Shown here one piece after another: positions 18,017-25,468 of a stretch of DNA of 32,000 nt (position 1 is its first letter; each line of letters begins with the position of its first letter). The position numbers and the translations under genes were made by a program. The notes beneath the pieces are model-generated. The model worked only from the letters and a program-made list of their open reading frames with translations. It was not told the origin of the DNA and ran no database searches. The stretch comes from Alphaproteobacteria bacterium. GTDB lineage: Bacteria; Pseudomonadota; Alphaproteobacteria; Rs-D84. The stretch covers positions 240,001-272,000 of the forward strand of contig JAFVFD010000005.1 of assembly GCA_017475605.1 (NCBI GenBank), given 5' to 3'.

Positions 18017-18931
18017 TTATTTATACATTTTGTTAATCATAACATCCGCGAAAGAATCTGGAATTGGGTTTTCTGTTCCACGATAAGTCGTTTTCTGGAA
18101 AAACGAATCCGCCGTCAATTTATCAAAAAGTTTTTTATCAAACGGCTTGTTCTGATATTCCCACCACAACACATGGGTTGGGTCTTGGTCTACATGGGGC
18201 ATTTTAGCAAAATATTTCTTTGCACGCGCATCGTTTTCAACCAAGGTTTTAAATAATAATTGGTGCATAAAATAATCAAATGTATGATTTTCGTGCATCC
18301 AGTAATCAAGTATCATCGCACGCCATGCGGCCAATAAATACGCACCTTTGCGCGCGCGGATAAAGCAGTTTTGCATAAAACTGTACGGGCTGCCCCCGAT
18401 GTTGTAATTATGCCCCGCCAAATACACAAAGAAATCTTCATCACTTATCCACTTTGGAATCGGTGCCGTTACAAATCCGGTTGCATCCAACCAATAACCG
18501 CCATATCGATATAACAATTCCACGCGGCAAATGTCGGCAAAGTGCGCATGACCGATTTTACCATCGCGATACTTTTTTACAATTTCATCTGGCAAATCAA
18601 TATAGTCAAATATTGTATCTGCGTCCAATATAACCAATTCTTGTTTACAATGTTTACGCACACTTCTGAAACAGGCCTTGACTATCTTTGGCGCATGCGC
18701 CTCGCCCTGAAGCCAGATTGTCCAAATCTTGTCATTTTTATCATTGTTCACAACAGGTTCTTCAACCACTGCGGCTGCGGCAGGCAAATACCGTTTGAAA
18801 TATTTTGTTGCGACCTTGGCTGTATAGTCGGTACGCACACGACGACGATGCGAACGTTCCCGCCATGGCCAATTTAATATGTGTCCACGAATAACAATCT
18901 TTGTTAATGCCCACATGCGTGCGATTTTCAT
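18017..18931 (-). CDS. Capsular-polysaccharide-synthesis (Caps_synth, GT32-like) glycosyltransferase
   Basis: The motifs IWTIWLQGEAHAPKIVKACFRSV and HFADICRVELLYRYGGYWLDAT match the Caps_synth/GT32 pattern (IW.fW.QG, sD..R..LL..yGG.w.Da). A strong ribosome-binding site AGGAGG precedes the ATG at 18931. Confidence 0.75.
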   Translation of the reverse strand: MKIARMWALTKIVIRGHILNWPWRERSHRRRVRTDYTAKVATKYFKRYLPAAAAVVEEPVVNNDKNDKIWTIWLQGEAHAPKIVKACFRSVRKHCKQELVILDADTIFDYIDLPDEIVKKYRDGKIGHAHFADICRVELLYRYGGYWLDATGFVTAPIPKWISDEDFFVYLAGHNYNIGGSPYSFMQNCFIRARKGAYLLAAWRAMILDYWMHENHTFDYFMHQLLFKTLVENDARAKKYFAKMPHVDQDPTHVLWWEYQNKPFDKKLFDKLTADSFFQKTTYRGTENPIPDSFADVMINKMYK

Positions 18932-18955
18932 CTTTCCTCCTTTTTATACGAACAA

Positions 18956-18976
18956 GGGACAGGCACCGCCTGTCCC
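18956..18976 (-). terminator. GC-rich hairpin after recA lacking a clean downstream U-tract (leaky terminator or attenuator)
   Basis: The hairpin is GGGACAGGC-ACC-GCCTGTCCC, a 9-bp stem. In the recA direction it is followed by UUGUUCGUAUAAAAAGG rather than a U run. Only about 50 nt separate the recA stop from the next start. Confidence 0.45.
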
Positions 18977-18982
18977 ACTATT

Positions 18983-20056
18983 TTATTCTGCGGTGTCCGC
19001 AATATCTTCTTCTGCGGGTCCCGTTGTCATTTCTTCGGCAATCCCAGATGCCCGCGCCATAATTTTATCCAGCAATTCTTGTTGCGCTTCTGGGTGGTCT
19101 TTCAACCATTGGCGTGCGTTCGCTTCGCCCTGGCCTATTCTTTCATTATTATAGGAATAGAACGACCCTGCCTTTTCAATAAAGTCATATTTTACACCCA
19201 TATCCAGTATTTCACTTATACGGGAAATACCTTCGCCATACATGATTTTGAAATCAACGGTACGGAATGGTGGTGCGACTTTATTTTTTACAATCTTTAC
19301 ACGCGTTTCATTACCGATAACATTTTCTTTATCCTTAATTGCACCAGTACGACGAATATCCAAACGCACCGACGCATAGAACTTTAACGCATTACCACCC
19401 GATGTTGTTTCAGGATTCCCAAACATAACACCAATTTTCATACGAATCTGGTTAATGAAAATAAGTAATGTATTGCTGCGCGATACAGAACCGGCCAGTT
19501 TTTTCAAACTCTGACTCATCAAACGGGCGGTTGTCCCCATAAAAGTATCACCGATATTGCCTTCTAATTCAGCCTTGGGTACCAATGCCGCAACAGAATC
19601 AACAACCACAACATCAACCGCACCTGATTTAATAAGTGTGTCCGCAATTTCCAATGCCTGTTCACCGGAATCAGGTTGTGAAATAATCAATTCAGAAACA
19701 TTAACACCCAATTTCTTTGCGTATGATGGGTCCAGCGCATTTTCAGCATCGATATATGCACATGTACCGCCTTTCTTTTGTGCCTCGGCCACAGCATGCA
19801 ACGCCAATGTTGTTTTACCAGAACTTTCCGGACCATAGATTTCAACAATACGGCCACGTGGATAACCACCAATTCCCAATGCAATATCCAGCCCCAACGA
19901 ACCAGATGATATTGCCTCTATATTCTGTTGTGAACCATCACCCATTTTCATGATGGCTTCTTTACCAAATTGTTTTTGAATTTGGGCCAGCGCAGATTCC
20001 AAAGCCGGATTTTTTGCCGGTGTCGCGCTTTCCTTTGCTACTTCTTTTTTTGCCAT
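18983..20056 (-). CDS. recA: Recombinase RecA
   Basis: 357 aa with Walker [10 protein letters not shown], the L1/L2 loop regions and an acidic C-terminal tail. Confidence 0.97.
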   Translation of the reverse strand: MAKKEVAKESATPAKNPALESALAQIQKQFGKEAIMKMGDGSQQNIEAISSGSLGLDIALGIGGYPRGRIVEIYGPESSGKTTLALHAVAEAQKKGGTCAYIDAENALDPSYAKKLGVNVSELIISQPDSGEQALEIADTLIKSGAVDVVVVDSVAALVPKAELEGNIGDTFMGTTARLMSQSLKKLAGSVSRSNTLLIFINQIRMKIGVMFGNPETTSGGNALKFYASVRLDIRRTGAIKDKENVIGNETRVKIVKNKVAPPFRTVDFKIMYGEGISRISEILDMGVKYDFIEKAGSFYSYNNERIGQGEANARQWLKDHPEAQQELLDKIMARASGIAEEMTTGPAEEDIADTAE

Positions 20057-20117
20057 TAAATTCCCCTTTGCTTGATACTGAAATCATACAAAGAAAACGG
20101 CCCCCACGCAACAGATT

Positions 20118-21305
20118 TTATTTGTGTGGGGTTATAATAATTCCAACCGCCAATGCGCCCATCACCGCGGTTACAAACCATACAGAAGTCGTGGCCCCAA
20201 AGAAAGTAATACACGCCGCCGCCAATACCGGCATTATCACATTCGGCATATTTACACTTGTTCGAAAGACACCGTAAAATCGTGTTCGTTGGGCAGGTTT
20301 AGTATTATCAAAGAACAACAAATCGTGTACAGGTTCCATTAATGCGCCCGATATTTGCCACAACACGAATATAGCCAACAACGGATATCCCGTTACCAAC
20401 GTCGCCGCCGCCGACAACCCGGCGAACGATCCAAATCCCAAAATCAACCATATATTTGTACCATATTTTCGTACCGCACGCGCCATAAGTTCGCTTAATA
20501 TCAAATATGGTATAATACCAATCGTCAAAACCCACCCCAAGACATCTTTGCTAAAACCTGCTTCTATTACAACAATTGGCACATAAAGCAATCGCACCGC
20601 ACGCAACGAATAATACCCAAAGTTAATCAGATATGCCCGCAACATACCCGGGGTGGCAAAAAAGGCACGTGTGTTTTTCCACAACGCACGAAATGTCCGA
20701 CGCGGATTTACAGGCTTTATCTGTTTATCGGGCTGAACAATATGGAAACATTTAAAGAACAACCATGCCAACATATATATGATTGATGAAGCCATAAATG
20801 CCGACCTGTTTCCCCACATGCTGGCAATTGTTACCGCAACCAATGGCGCAAACAGCGCACCTATATTAAGCCACAAATGATAACGCGAATTAAGTCGCGC
20901 CATACCAACATTTCCCGCAAAGTCCGACATAAAAAGCGGTATTAACATCGCACTTAAAGTAATCGCGATACCCGTTGTAAAATCAAGTGTAATAAATGTT
21001 CGCGGCAGAATAGAAAAACTCATCATCGCGTATCCAGCGGCCAGCATAAGCAAAACAAAGTAAAACACACGCACCTTGGAAAAACGACGGAAAATCTCGT
21101 TCGCGAAAAGCCCCACAAACATACAAAACGCGGAATACAGCGCAACATAAAGTCCAACCACCGCACTTGAACGGAATATATCCAAAATAACCAGCGCATA
21201 AACCGCATTATAAATACCATCGGCAAACCCAGTAAAAATCCCCAGGTTTGCGAATGAAAAACCACTTACATATTTGCTGAACGAAATATACTTGTCCCCT
21301 GCCAT
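20118..21305 (-). CDS. MFS transporter (substrate unknown)
   Basis: 395 aa with about 12 hydrophobic segments in a 6+6 arrangement and a basic central loop (QPDKQIKPVNPRRTFRALWKNTR). Confidence 0.75.
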   Translation of the reverse strand: MAGDKYISFSKYVSGFSFANLGIFTGFADGIYNAVYALVILDIFRSSAVVGLYVALYSAFCMFVGLFANEIFRRFSKVRVFYFVLLMLAAGYAMMSFSILPRTFITLDFTTGIAITLSAMLIPLFMSDFAGNVGMARLNSRYHLWLNIGALFAPLVAVTIASMWGNRSAFMASSIIYMLAWLFFKCFHIVQPDKQIKPVNPRRTFRALWKNTRAFFATPGMLRAYLINFGYYSLRAVRLLYVPIVVIEAGFSKDVLGWVLTIGIIPYLILSELMARAVRKYGTNIWLILGFGSFAGLSAAATLVTGYPLLAIFVLWQISGALMEPVHDLLFFDNTKPAQRTRFYGVFRTSVNMPNVIMPVLAAACITFFGATTSVWFVTAVMGALAVGIIITPHK

Positions 21306-21328
21306 AAAACTCTCTCCGTATTTTATGT

Positions 21329-21337
21329 ATTATATCA
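21329..21337 (-). promoter_or_regulatory. Extended -10 promoter (TGATATAAT) for the MFS gene
   Basis: On the minus strand TGATATAAT reads from 21337 to 21329. It lies just after the secB terminator and about 24 nt before the ATG, with GGAGAGAG as the ribosome-binding site. It sits within a 13-mer identical to the promoter of the structured RNA at 25467-25479. Confidence 0.45.
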
Positions 21338-21353
21338 TAAAAAGTCGAAAAAT

Positions 21354-21377
21354 AAAACCGCCCAAAAGGACGGTTTT
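21354..21377 (-). terminator. Intrinsic terminator after secB
   Basis: The hairpin is AAAACCGCCC-AAAA-GGACGGTTTT (one mismatch), with A/T runs on both sides. Confidence 0.7.
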
Positions 21378-21397
21378 ATAAAAATATATTCCAAATA

Positions 21398-21850
21398 TTA
21401 TTTTGCGGAATCTGCCTGGGCTTCCTTCTTTGCGTTGCGTTGTGCATACAATTGCGCAAAATCAACCGGCTGCATCGCAAATGGTGCCATGCCAGATTCA
21501 CTTGTTACGCGGGTAATAAGTGCGCGTACCGCCGGGAACAACAATGTCGGCACATCAATCAACAATGTGCGTCTTTTGGCTTCTTCGTCTTTTTCTTCTT
21601 CCATCTGGACCAAACCTGAATATGTTGATTCAATCAAGAACACTGTTTTATCATTTGCGTCTAATTTTGAATGTACCTTGGTAATCAAATCGACCAAGAA
21701 CAAATTGTTTTCAGAACCCTTGATCTGAATATCCAAGTTGATTTCTAATTTAGCCTGGGTATTGTCCTGTTTGAAAAACAATTCTGGCACATTTGGGTTT
21801 TCAAATGAAAAGTCCTTCAGGAATTGAGAAATAATATTAAATTTAGCCAT
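21398..21850 (-). CDS. secB: Protein-export chaperone SecB
   Basis: 150 aa. The sequence is SecB-like: IISQFLKDFSFENPNVPELF...LLFPAVRALITRVTSESGMAPFAMQPVDF. Confidence 0.85.
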   Translation of the reverse strand: MAKFNIISQFLKDFSFENPNVPELFFKQDNTQAKLEINLDIQIKGSENNLFLVDLITKVHSKLDANDKTVFLIESTYSGLVQMEEEKDEEAKRRTLLIDVPTLLFPAVRALITRVTSESGMAPFAMQPVDFAQLYAQRNAKKEAQADSAK

Positions 21851-21929
21851 CGCGATTGCTCCTTTTTTTGCGCGTCAATTTGTGATAAAGTATATATAGC
21901 ATCTATTTTTGTGTTTTACAAGTGGGGGG

Positions 21930-23033
21930 ATGAAAAAAATGGGAAAAATCTTGTCTGTACTGTTTAGGGTTGGGCTGTGCGCATTTATATTAACATCATG
22001 CGATTTATCGACCCCAACACATACCGGCGACGATTCCGTTGCGCCCGCGGGAAACCTTAAAAAAGTATCGTATTCTGAATTACCCGGCTGGCGCGATGAC
22101 GATGTGCGCTATGCGTTACAGGCTTTTCGTAATTCCTGTCGGGCCAAGATTCAATATACCGGCCGCGTAATTCCCGACCGCGCATTGTTCGCGGAAAAAT
22201 GCCAAATGTTGCCGTCCGCATCGGCGGATTTGCCAACTGTGCGCGCATGGTTTGAATCAAACTTTCAACCGTACAAGGTATATAATGATGACGGCACCGA
22301 TCGCGGTACATACACCGGCTATTATTCCCCTATTATTCGCGGTTGCCGAACCAAGACGGCTGAATGTAACGAACCGTTAATGGGGGTCCCAACCGACGGC
22401 CGTAATTACAAGGGTGTTGAAAAAAAGAAAATTGTTGAACAAAAAATCGGCCGCGTGCTTTATTGGGCCAACATTGTCGATGTCCAAAACATCCAGATTC
22501 AGGGTTCCGGTATGTTACAACTGGACGACGGGAAAATGGTAAAACTTAACTTTGCCGCCGTAAATGATATGCCGTTTAAATCTATTGGCGAAGAACTGCG
22601 CCGTCGCGGCATTCGGCCCGATGGGGGCTATTCCGCCGATGCGGTTTGGACACATTTAAAAAAGAATCCGAAACTGGCACGTGATGTGATTTATAAAAAC
22701 CCGCGTTATGTCTATTTCTATGAATCTGTACCACCAGATGTAATTGGTAAACTGGGCACGCCATTGTCCAAGATTCGTTCTATTGCCATGGACGACAGTA
22801 TATATACCCTTGGTATGCCGGTCTATATATCAACCAACCTTTCGGACGGGCGCAAATTCCGAAGACTGATGATTGCCCAGGATACCGGTTCTGCAATTCG
22901 TGGCTGGATACGCGCAGACATATTCTTTGGCAAGGGCGACGATGCATATAAATATGCCCATGGCCAGCACGCAAAGGGTGAAATGTTTATCTTAATGCCG
23001 CGGGAATACACCTATGTCAAACCAAGTAAGTAA
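21930..23033 (+). CDS. mltA: Membrane-bound lytic murein transglycosylase A (lipoprotein)
   Basis: A signal peptide with lipobox ILTSC is present, along with MltA and 3D-domain motifs (IAQDTGSAIRGWIRADIFFG). The track start at 21909 is TTG. The ATGs at 21930 and 21939 follow a GGGGGG ribosome-binding site. Confidence 0.85.
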   Translation: MKKMGKILSVLFRVGLCAFILTSCDLSTPTHTGDDSVAPAGNLKKVSYSELPGWRDDDVRYALQAFRNSCRAKIQYTGRVIPDRALFAEKCQMLPSASADLPTVRAWFESNFQPYKVYNDDGTDRGTYTGYYSPIIRGCRTKTAECNEPLMGVPTDGRNYKGVEKKKIVEQKIGRVLYWANIVDVQNIQIQGSGMLQLDDGKMVKLNFAAVNDMPFKSIGEELRRRGIRPDGGYSADAVWTHLKKNPKLARDVIYKNPRYVYFYESVPPDVIGKLGTPLSKIRSIAMDDSIYTLGMPVYISTNLSDGRKFRRLMIAQDTGSAIRGWIRADIFFGKGDDAYKYAHGQHAKGEMFILMPREYTYVKPSK

Positions 23034-23352
23034 TAAAAAGAAAATGGAAAATCGCACCGCACACCCACACACCCTGGCGGGCGCGATTGGTGGTCTTTTT
23101 AATATTTTTGGTGTGCGCGCATCGGACGCGGACCTGAACGCGCGTTGGTCGGAAATTATGGGACCGGATATTGGTGGCATATCGACATTGGCGGCAATCA
23201 AAAAAACACCAAACGGAAAGTTTAATATTGCGGTGCGCCCAATAAACCCCGCATTTGCGTTACAACTTTCTTATCAATCGGCGGAAATCGCAAATCGCGT
23301 AAATAAATACTTTGGCTTTGACGCGGTAAACAAGGTTACATTTAGAAAATGA
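23014..23352 (+). CDS. DUF721 (DciA-like) domain protein
   Basis: The DUF721 pattern is present: W.EIMGP......L......G.....V.....A..L......I..R.N...G...V..V.F. The start is uncertain: 23014 overlaps the mltA end, and 23044 is the alternative. The stop overlaps the ruvC start (ATGA). Confidence 0.6.
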   Translation: MSNQVSNKKKMENRTAHPHTLAGAIGGLFNIFGVRASDADLNARWSEIMGPDIGGISTLAAIKKTPNGKFNIAVRPINPAFALQLSYQSAEIANRVNKYFGFDAVNKVTFRK

Positions 23353-23837
23353 CACGAATATTGGGAATTGATCCAGGACTTTTACATACTGGTTGGGCGG
23401 TGATTGATACTGCTGGGTCATCACGCACCTATGTTGCATCGGGGGTAATTTTACCAAAAACATCGGGGACCCTGCCCGAACGACTGGCAATTATTTTTAA
23501 TCGGGTTTCCGAATTGGTTGAAACGTTTAGCCCGGACGAATGCAGCATTGAAATTACATTTGTAAACATGAACCCAAAAACAACACTTATTCTGGGGCAT
23601 GCGCGCGCGGCGGCAATCGTCGCAATATCAACGCGCGATATTCCGGTTTATGAATACGAACCAAATAAAATTAAAAAGGCACTTACCGGCGCGGGCCACG
23701 CGGACAAAAGCGCGATTGATAAAATGGTGAAAATCTTGCTGCCCGCGGCGCACCCCAAAACGCCGGACGAGGCAGACGCAATCGCAATCGCCCTTGCCCA
23801 CAGCAATATGAGTGCATTGGAACGGTTGGTGAAATAG
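23349..23837 (+). CDS. ruvC: Crossover junction endodeoxyribonuclease RuvC
   Basis: 162 aa with ILGIDPGLLHTGWAVID at the N-terminus and DEADAIAIAL near the C-terminus (catalytic acidic residues). Confidence 0.9.
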   Translation: MTRILGIDPGLLHTGWAVIDTAGSSRTYVASGVILPKTSGTLPERLAIIFNRVSELVETFSPDECSIEITFVNMNPKTTLILGHARAAAIVAISTRDIPVYEYEPNKIKKALTGAGHADKSAIDKMVKILLPAAHPKTPDEADAIAIALAHSNMSALERLVK

Positions 23838-23870
23838 TTGCTGGTGCGAGTTGAGAGTTATAGGTATTGC

Positions 23871-24524
23871 TTAACGCTTCGCACCCTTTTTCAACAATTT
23901 TAAATATTCTTCTGTAAATACGTCTATTGTTTCATCCGTATCGTCTGATGTCCAATACTTATTCCTTATTTTCCCAATATATTCTTTGTCATGATAAAAC
24001 TCTATATCCGTTAAATAATTTTCTTTTATACACGGATAGCGATGAGTATTATATATTGGAATACTATTTACATAGGTGTTTGATGTCCCAGAATAAGATC
24101 CATATGCAGAAGTACCTATACGTGTCGCAGAACCATAGCCAGACGAATATGTTGTACTACCTGTATAAACAGATCCTGCGTATACACTTTCTGTACAAAT
24201 ACCGGGATAGATAATCCCTGATACTTTGATTTTTCTAGACAGGGATACGGGTTTTTCACAAGAATCATTCACAAAAGCATAATCATAATTTCTTTTGGTT
24301 TTTGTAACAGAATCCGCAGAATACCCCTCTTCTCCTAAAAATGGATTCAGATCCAATTTTTCCGTTCCTTTTTCATATGTTGTACTATCATTATCTATAA
24401 CAAGACAAACTTCCTTACTTTGCAAACGATCATCCAAAACGTGTGTATTTTCATACGTGTATAATGGCACCTCTTTGGCACAGGCGCTTAATAACACCAT
24501 TAACATATATCTTTTTTTAAACAT
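23871..24524 (-). CDS. Hypothetical lipoprotein with Tyr/Gly/Ser/Thr-rich central segment
   Basis: The signal peptide MFKKRYMLMVLLSAC carries lipobox LSAC. The ribosome-binding site GGAGAG lies in the 9-nt gap after the upstream OMP gene. The gene is very AT-rich and I recognise no family. Confidence 0.65.
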   Translation of the reverse strand: MFKKRYMLMVLLSACAKEVPLYTYENTHVLDDRLQSKEVCLVIDNDSTTYEKGTEKLDLNPFLGEEGYSADSVTKTKRNYDYAFVNDSCEKPVSLSRKIKVSGIIYPGICTESVYAGSVYTGSTTYSSGYGSATRIGTSAYGSYSGTSNTYVNSIPIYNTHRYPCIKENYLTDIEFYHDKEYIGKIRNKYWTSDDTDETIDVFTEEYLKLLKKGAKR

Positions 24525-24533
24525 TTCTCTCTC

Positions 24534-25232
24534 CTAGAATGAATACCTTAACCCCAATTCAAGAGTAAGAATAAAATCAACCGTTTCGTTATCTGGTATA
24601 AAATATTTAGTATCAAATGTTATACCCAGCCCATTATCAAATTGGCTTAAAGTTCCAAGTGTTAAAATGACCGTGTTGCCTTTATCTTCTGCATCTGTAT
24701 TAAAATCTGATATTTCATATTTTGAATTTATTTTTCCATATCCTATTCCAACAGTGAAAAAGCTATTGCCGTTTTGCCAATTAGTAAATTTTATATAATT
24801 GTCAAAAATTGCTCCGTAAATCGTATGTGCTATGTCTAAATTAAATGTATATGTGTTATACCATGGATCATAATATGTATAATCATATTCTCCGGCATTA
24901 TACAATTTTTCAAAAACAAATTTTATGCCGGGATGATATATGTATTTATCTTTACGAAACCTAACACCAGCGTCTATTCCCCAACCATATCCAAAAACAT
25001 CATTGTACAAATCATATTCGGAATATAATGGAAAGTTCCCATTTATGCTAGCTCCGATAAAAAAGTGATAATCTTTATTTTGTTTCTGTATATGTATTTC
25101 TTCACTATCACCTATTTCAATCCCAGAATCGTCATGTACATTTATTGTTTTTTGATTAATTTTTATTGATTCTGCAATGACTGGATTAAACAATATAAAA
25201 GAAGCAGCCACATATAACAAACTCTTTTTCAT
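24534..25232 (-). CDS. Outer-membrane beta-barrel protein (small porin / OmpA-barrel-like)
   Basis: The signal peptide is MKKSLLYVAASFILFNPVIA. Alternating aromatic/hydrophobic strands run through the sequence, and the C-terminal beta-signal is LGLRYSF. The ribosome-binding site AAGGAG precedes the ATG. Confidence 0.7.
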   Translation of the reverse strand: MKKSLLYVAASFILFNPVIAESIKINQKTINVHDDSGIEIGDSEEIHIQKQNKDYHFFIGASINGNFPLYSEYDLYNDVFGYGWGIDAGVRFRKDKYIYHPGIKFVFEKLYNAGEYDYTYYDPWYNTYTFNLDIAHTIYGAIFDNYIKFTNWQNGNSFFTVGIGYGKINSKYEISDFNTDAEDKGNTVILTLGTLSQFDNGLGITFDTKYFIPDNETVDFILTLELGLRYSF

Positions 25233-25271
25233 ATAAGTCTCCTTTTGTTTTTATAATATCATTTTTTTCAT

Positions 25272-25298
25272 AAAAAACAACCGCTCCAATAAGAGCGG
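25272..25298 (-). terminator. Intrinsic terminator ending the structured RNA
   Basis: The minus strand reads CCGCUC-UUAUUG-GAGCGG followed by UUGUUUUUU. Confidence 0.8.
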
Positions 25299-25462
25299 TC
25301 GGGGCGTTAGAACAGGCAAGTTTGTGAATGCCCCCACATAAGTGGCACCCCGACCATAAAAGCCAGGGTATGGCACAAAAGCGCCATAAGCGGATTACGA
25401 CACTTTTGTGCCGCACAAACTTGGGATGTTCTAAGTCCCGAACCCAATTCCCATTGGATTCA
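25272..25462 (-). ncRNA. Structured small RNA candidate, about 190 nt (6S-like rod; alternative: cis-leader of the OMP operon)
   Basis: It has its own extended -10 promoter and terminator. The 5' arm GGUUCGGGACUUAGAACA..AAGUUUGUG (25444-25414) pairs with the 3' arm CACAAACUU..UGUUCUAACGCCCCGACC (25326-25297). An internal perfect 10-bp hairpin is GGCACAAAAG/CUUUUGUGCC. No ORF fits the region. Confidence 0.5.
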
Positions 25463-25468
25463 ATTCGT

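Noticed and set aside
20057-20117. A search for a LexA/SOS box upstream of recA, either alphaproteobacterial GTTC-N7-GTTC or E. coli-type CTGT-N8-ACAG.
   Set aside because: Neither pattern is present. The nearest resemblance (TTGTATGATTTCAGTA) fails both half-sites. A plausible TTGCGT-17-TATGAT promoter is there, but I see no operator.
23843-23885. The inverted repeat GGTGCGA...TCGCACC between ruvC and the lipoprotein gene, considered as a terminator or as a degenerate copy of the palindromic element.
   Set aside because: The 7-bp stem encloses a 29-nt loop, making it a poor terminator. One arm lies inside the lipoprotein coding sequence. Similarity to the 25519-25629 element is limited to about 12 nt with indels.
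25272-25462. Alternative identities for the structured RNA: cobalamin riboswitch (GCCAC and AAUCCG fragments), purine or other riboswitches, SRP/4.5S RNA, tmRNA piece, tRNA-like T-arm, RNase P RNA.
   Set aside because: The conserved cores I know for these classes are absent or out of order. This covers the B12 box context, the SRP GGAAGCAGCC-type apex, the tmRNA/tRNA GGUUCGAAUCC acceptor end and the RNase P GAGGAAAGUCC motif. The length also rules out RNase P. Only a covariance-model search can settle it.
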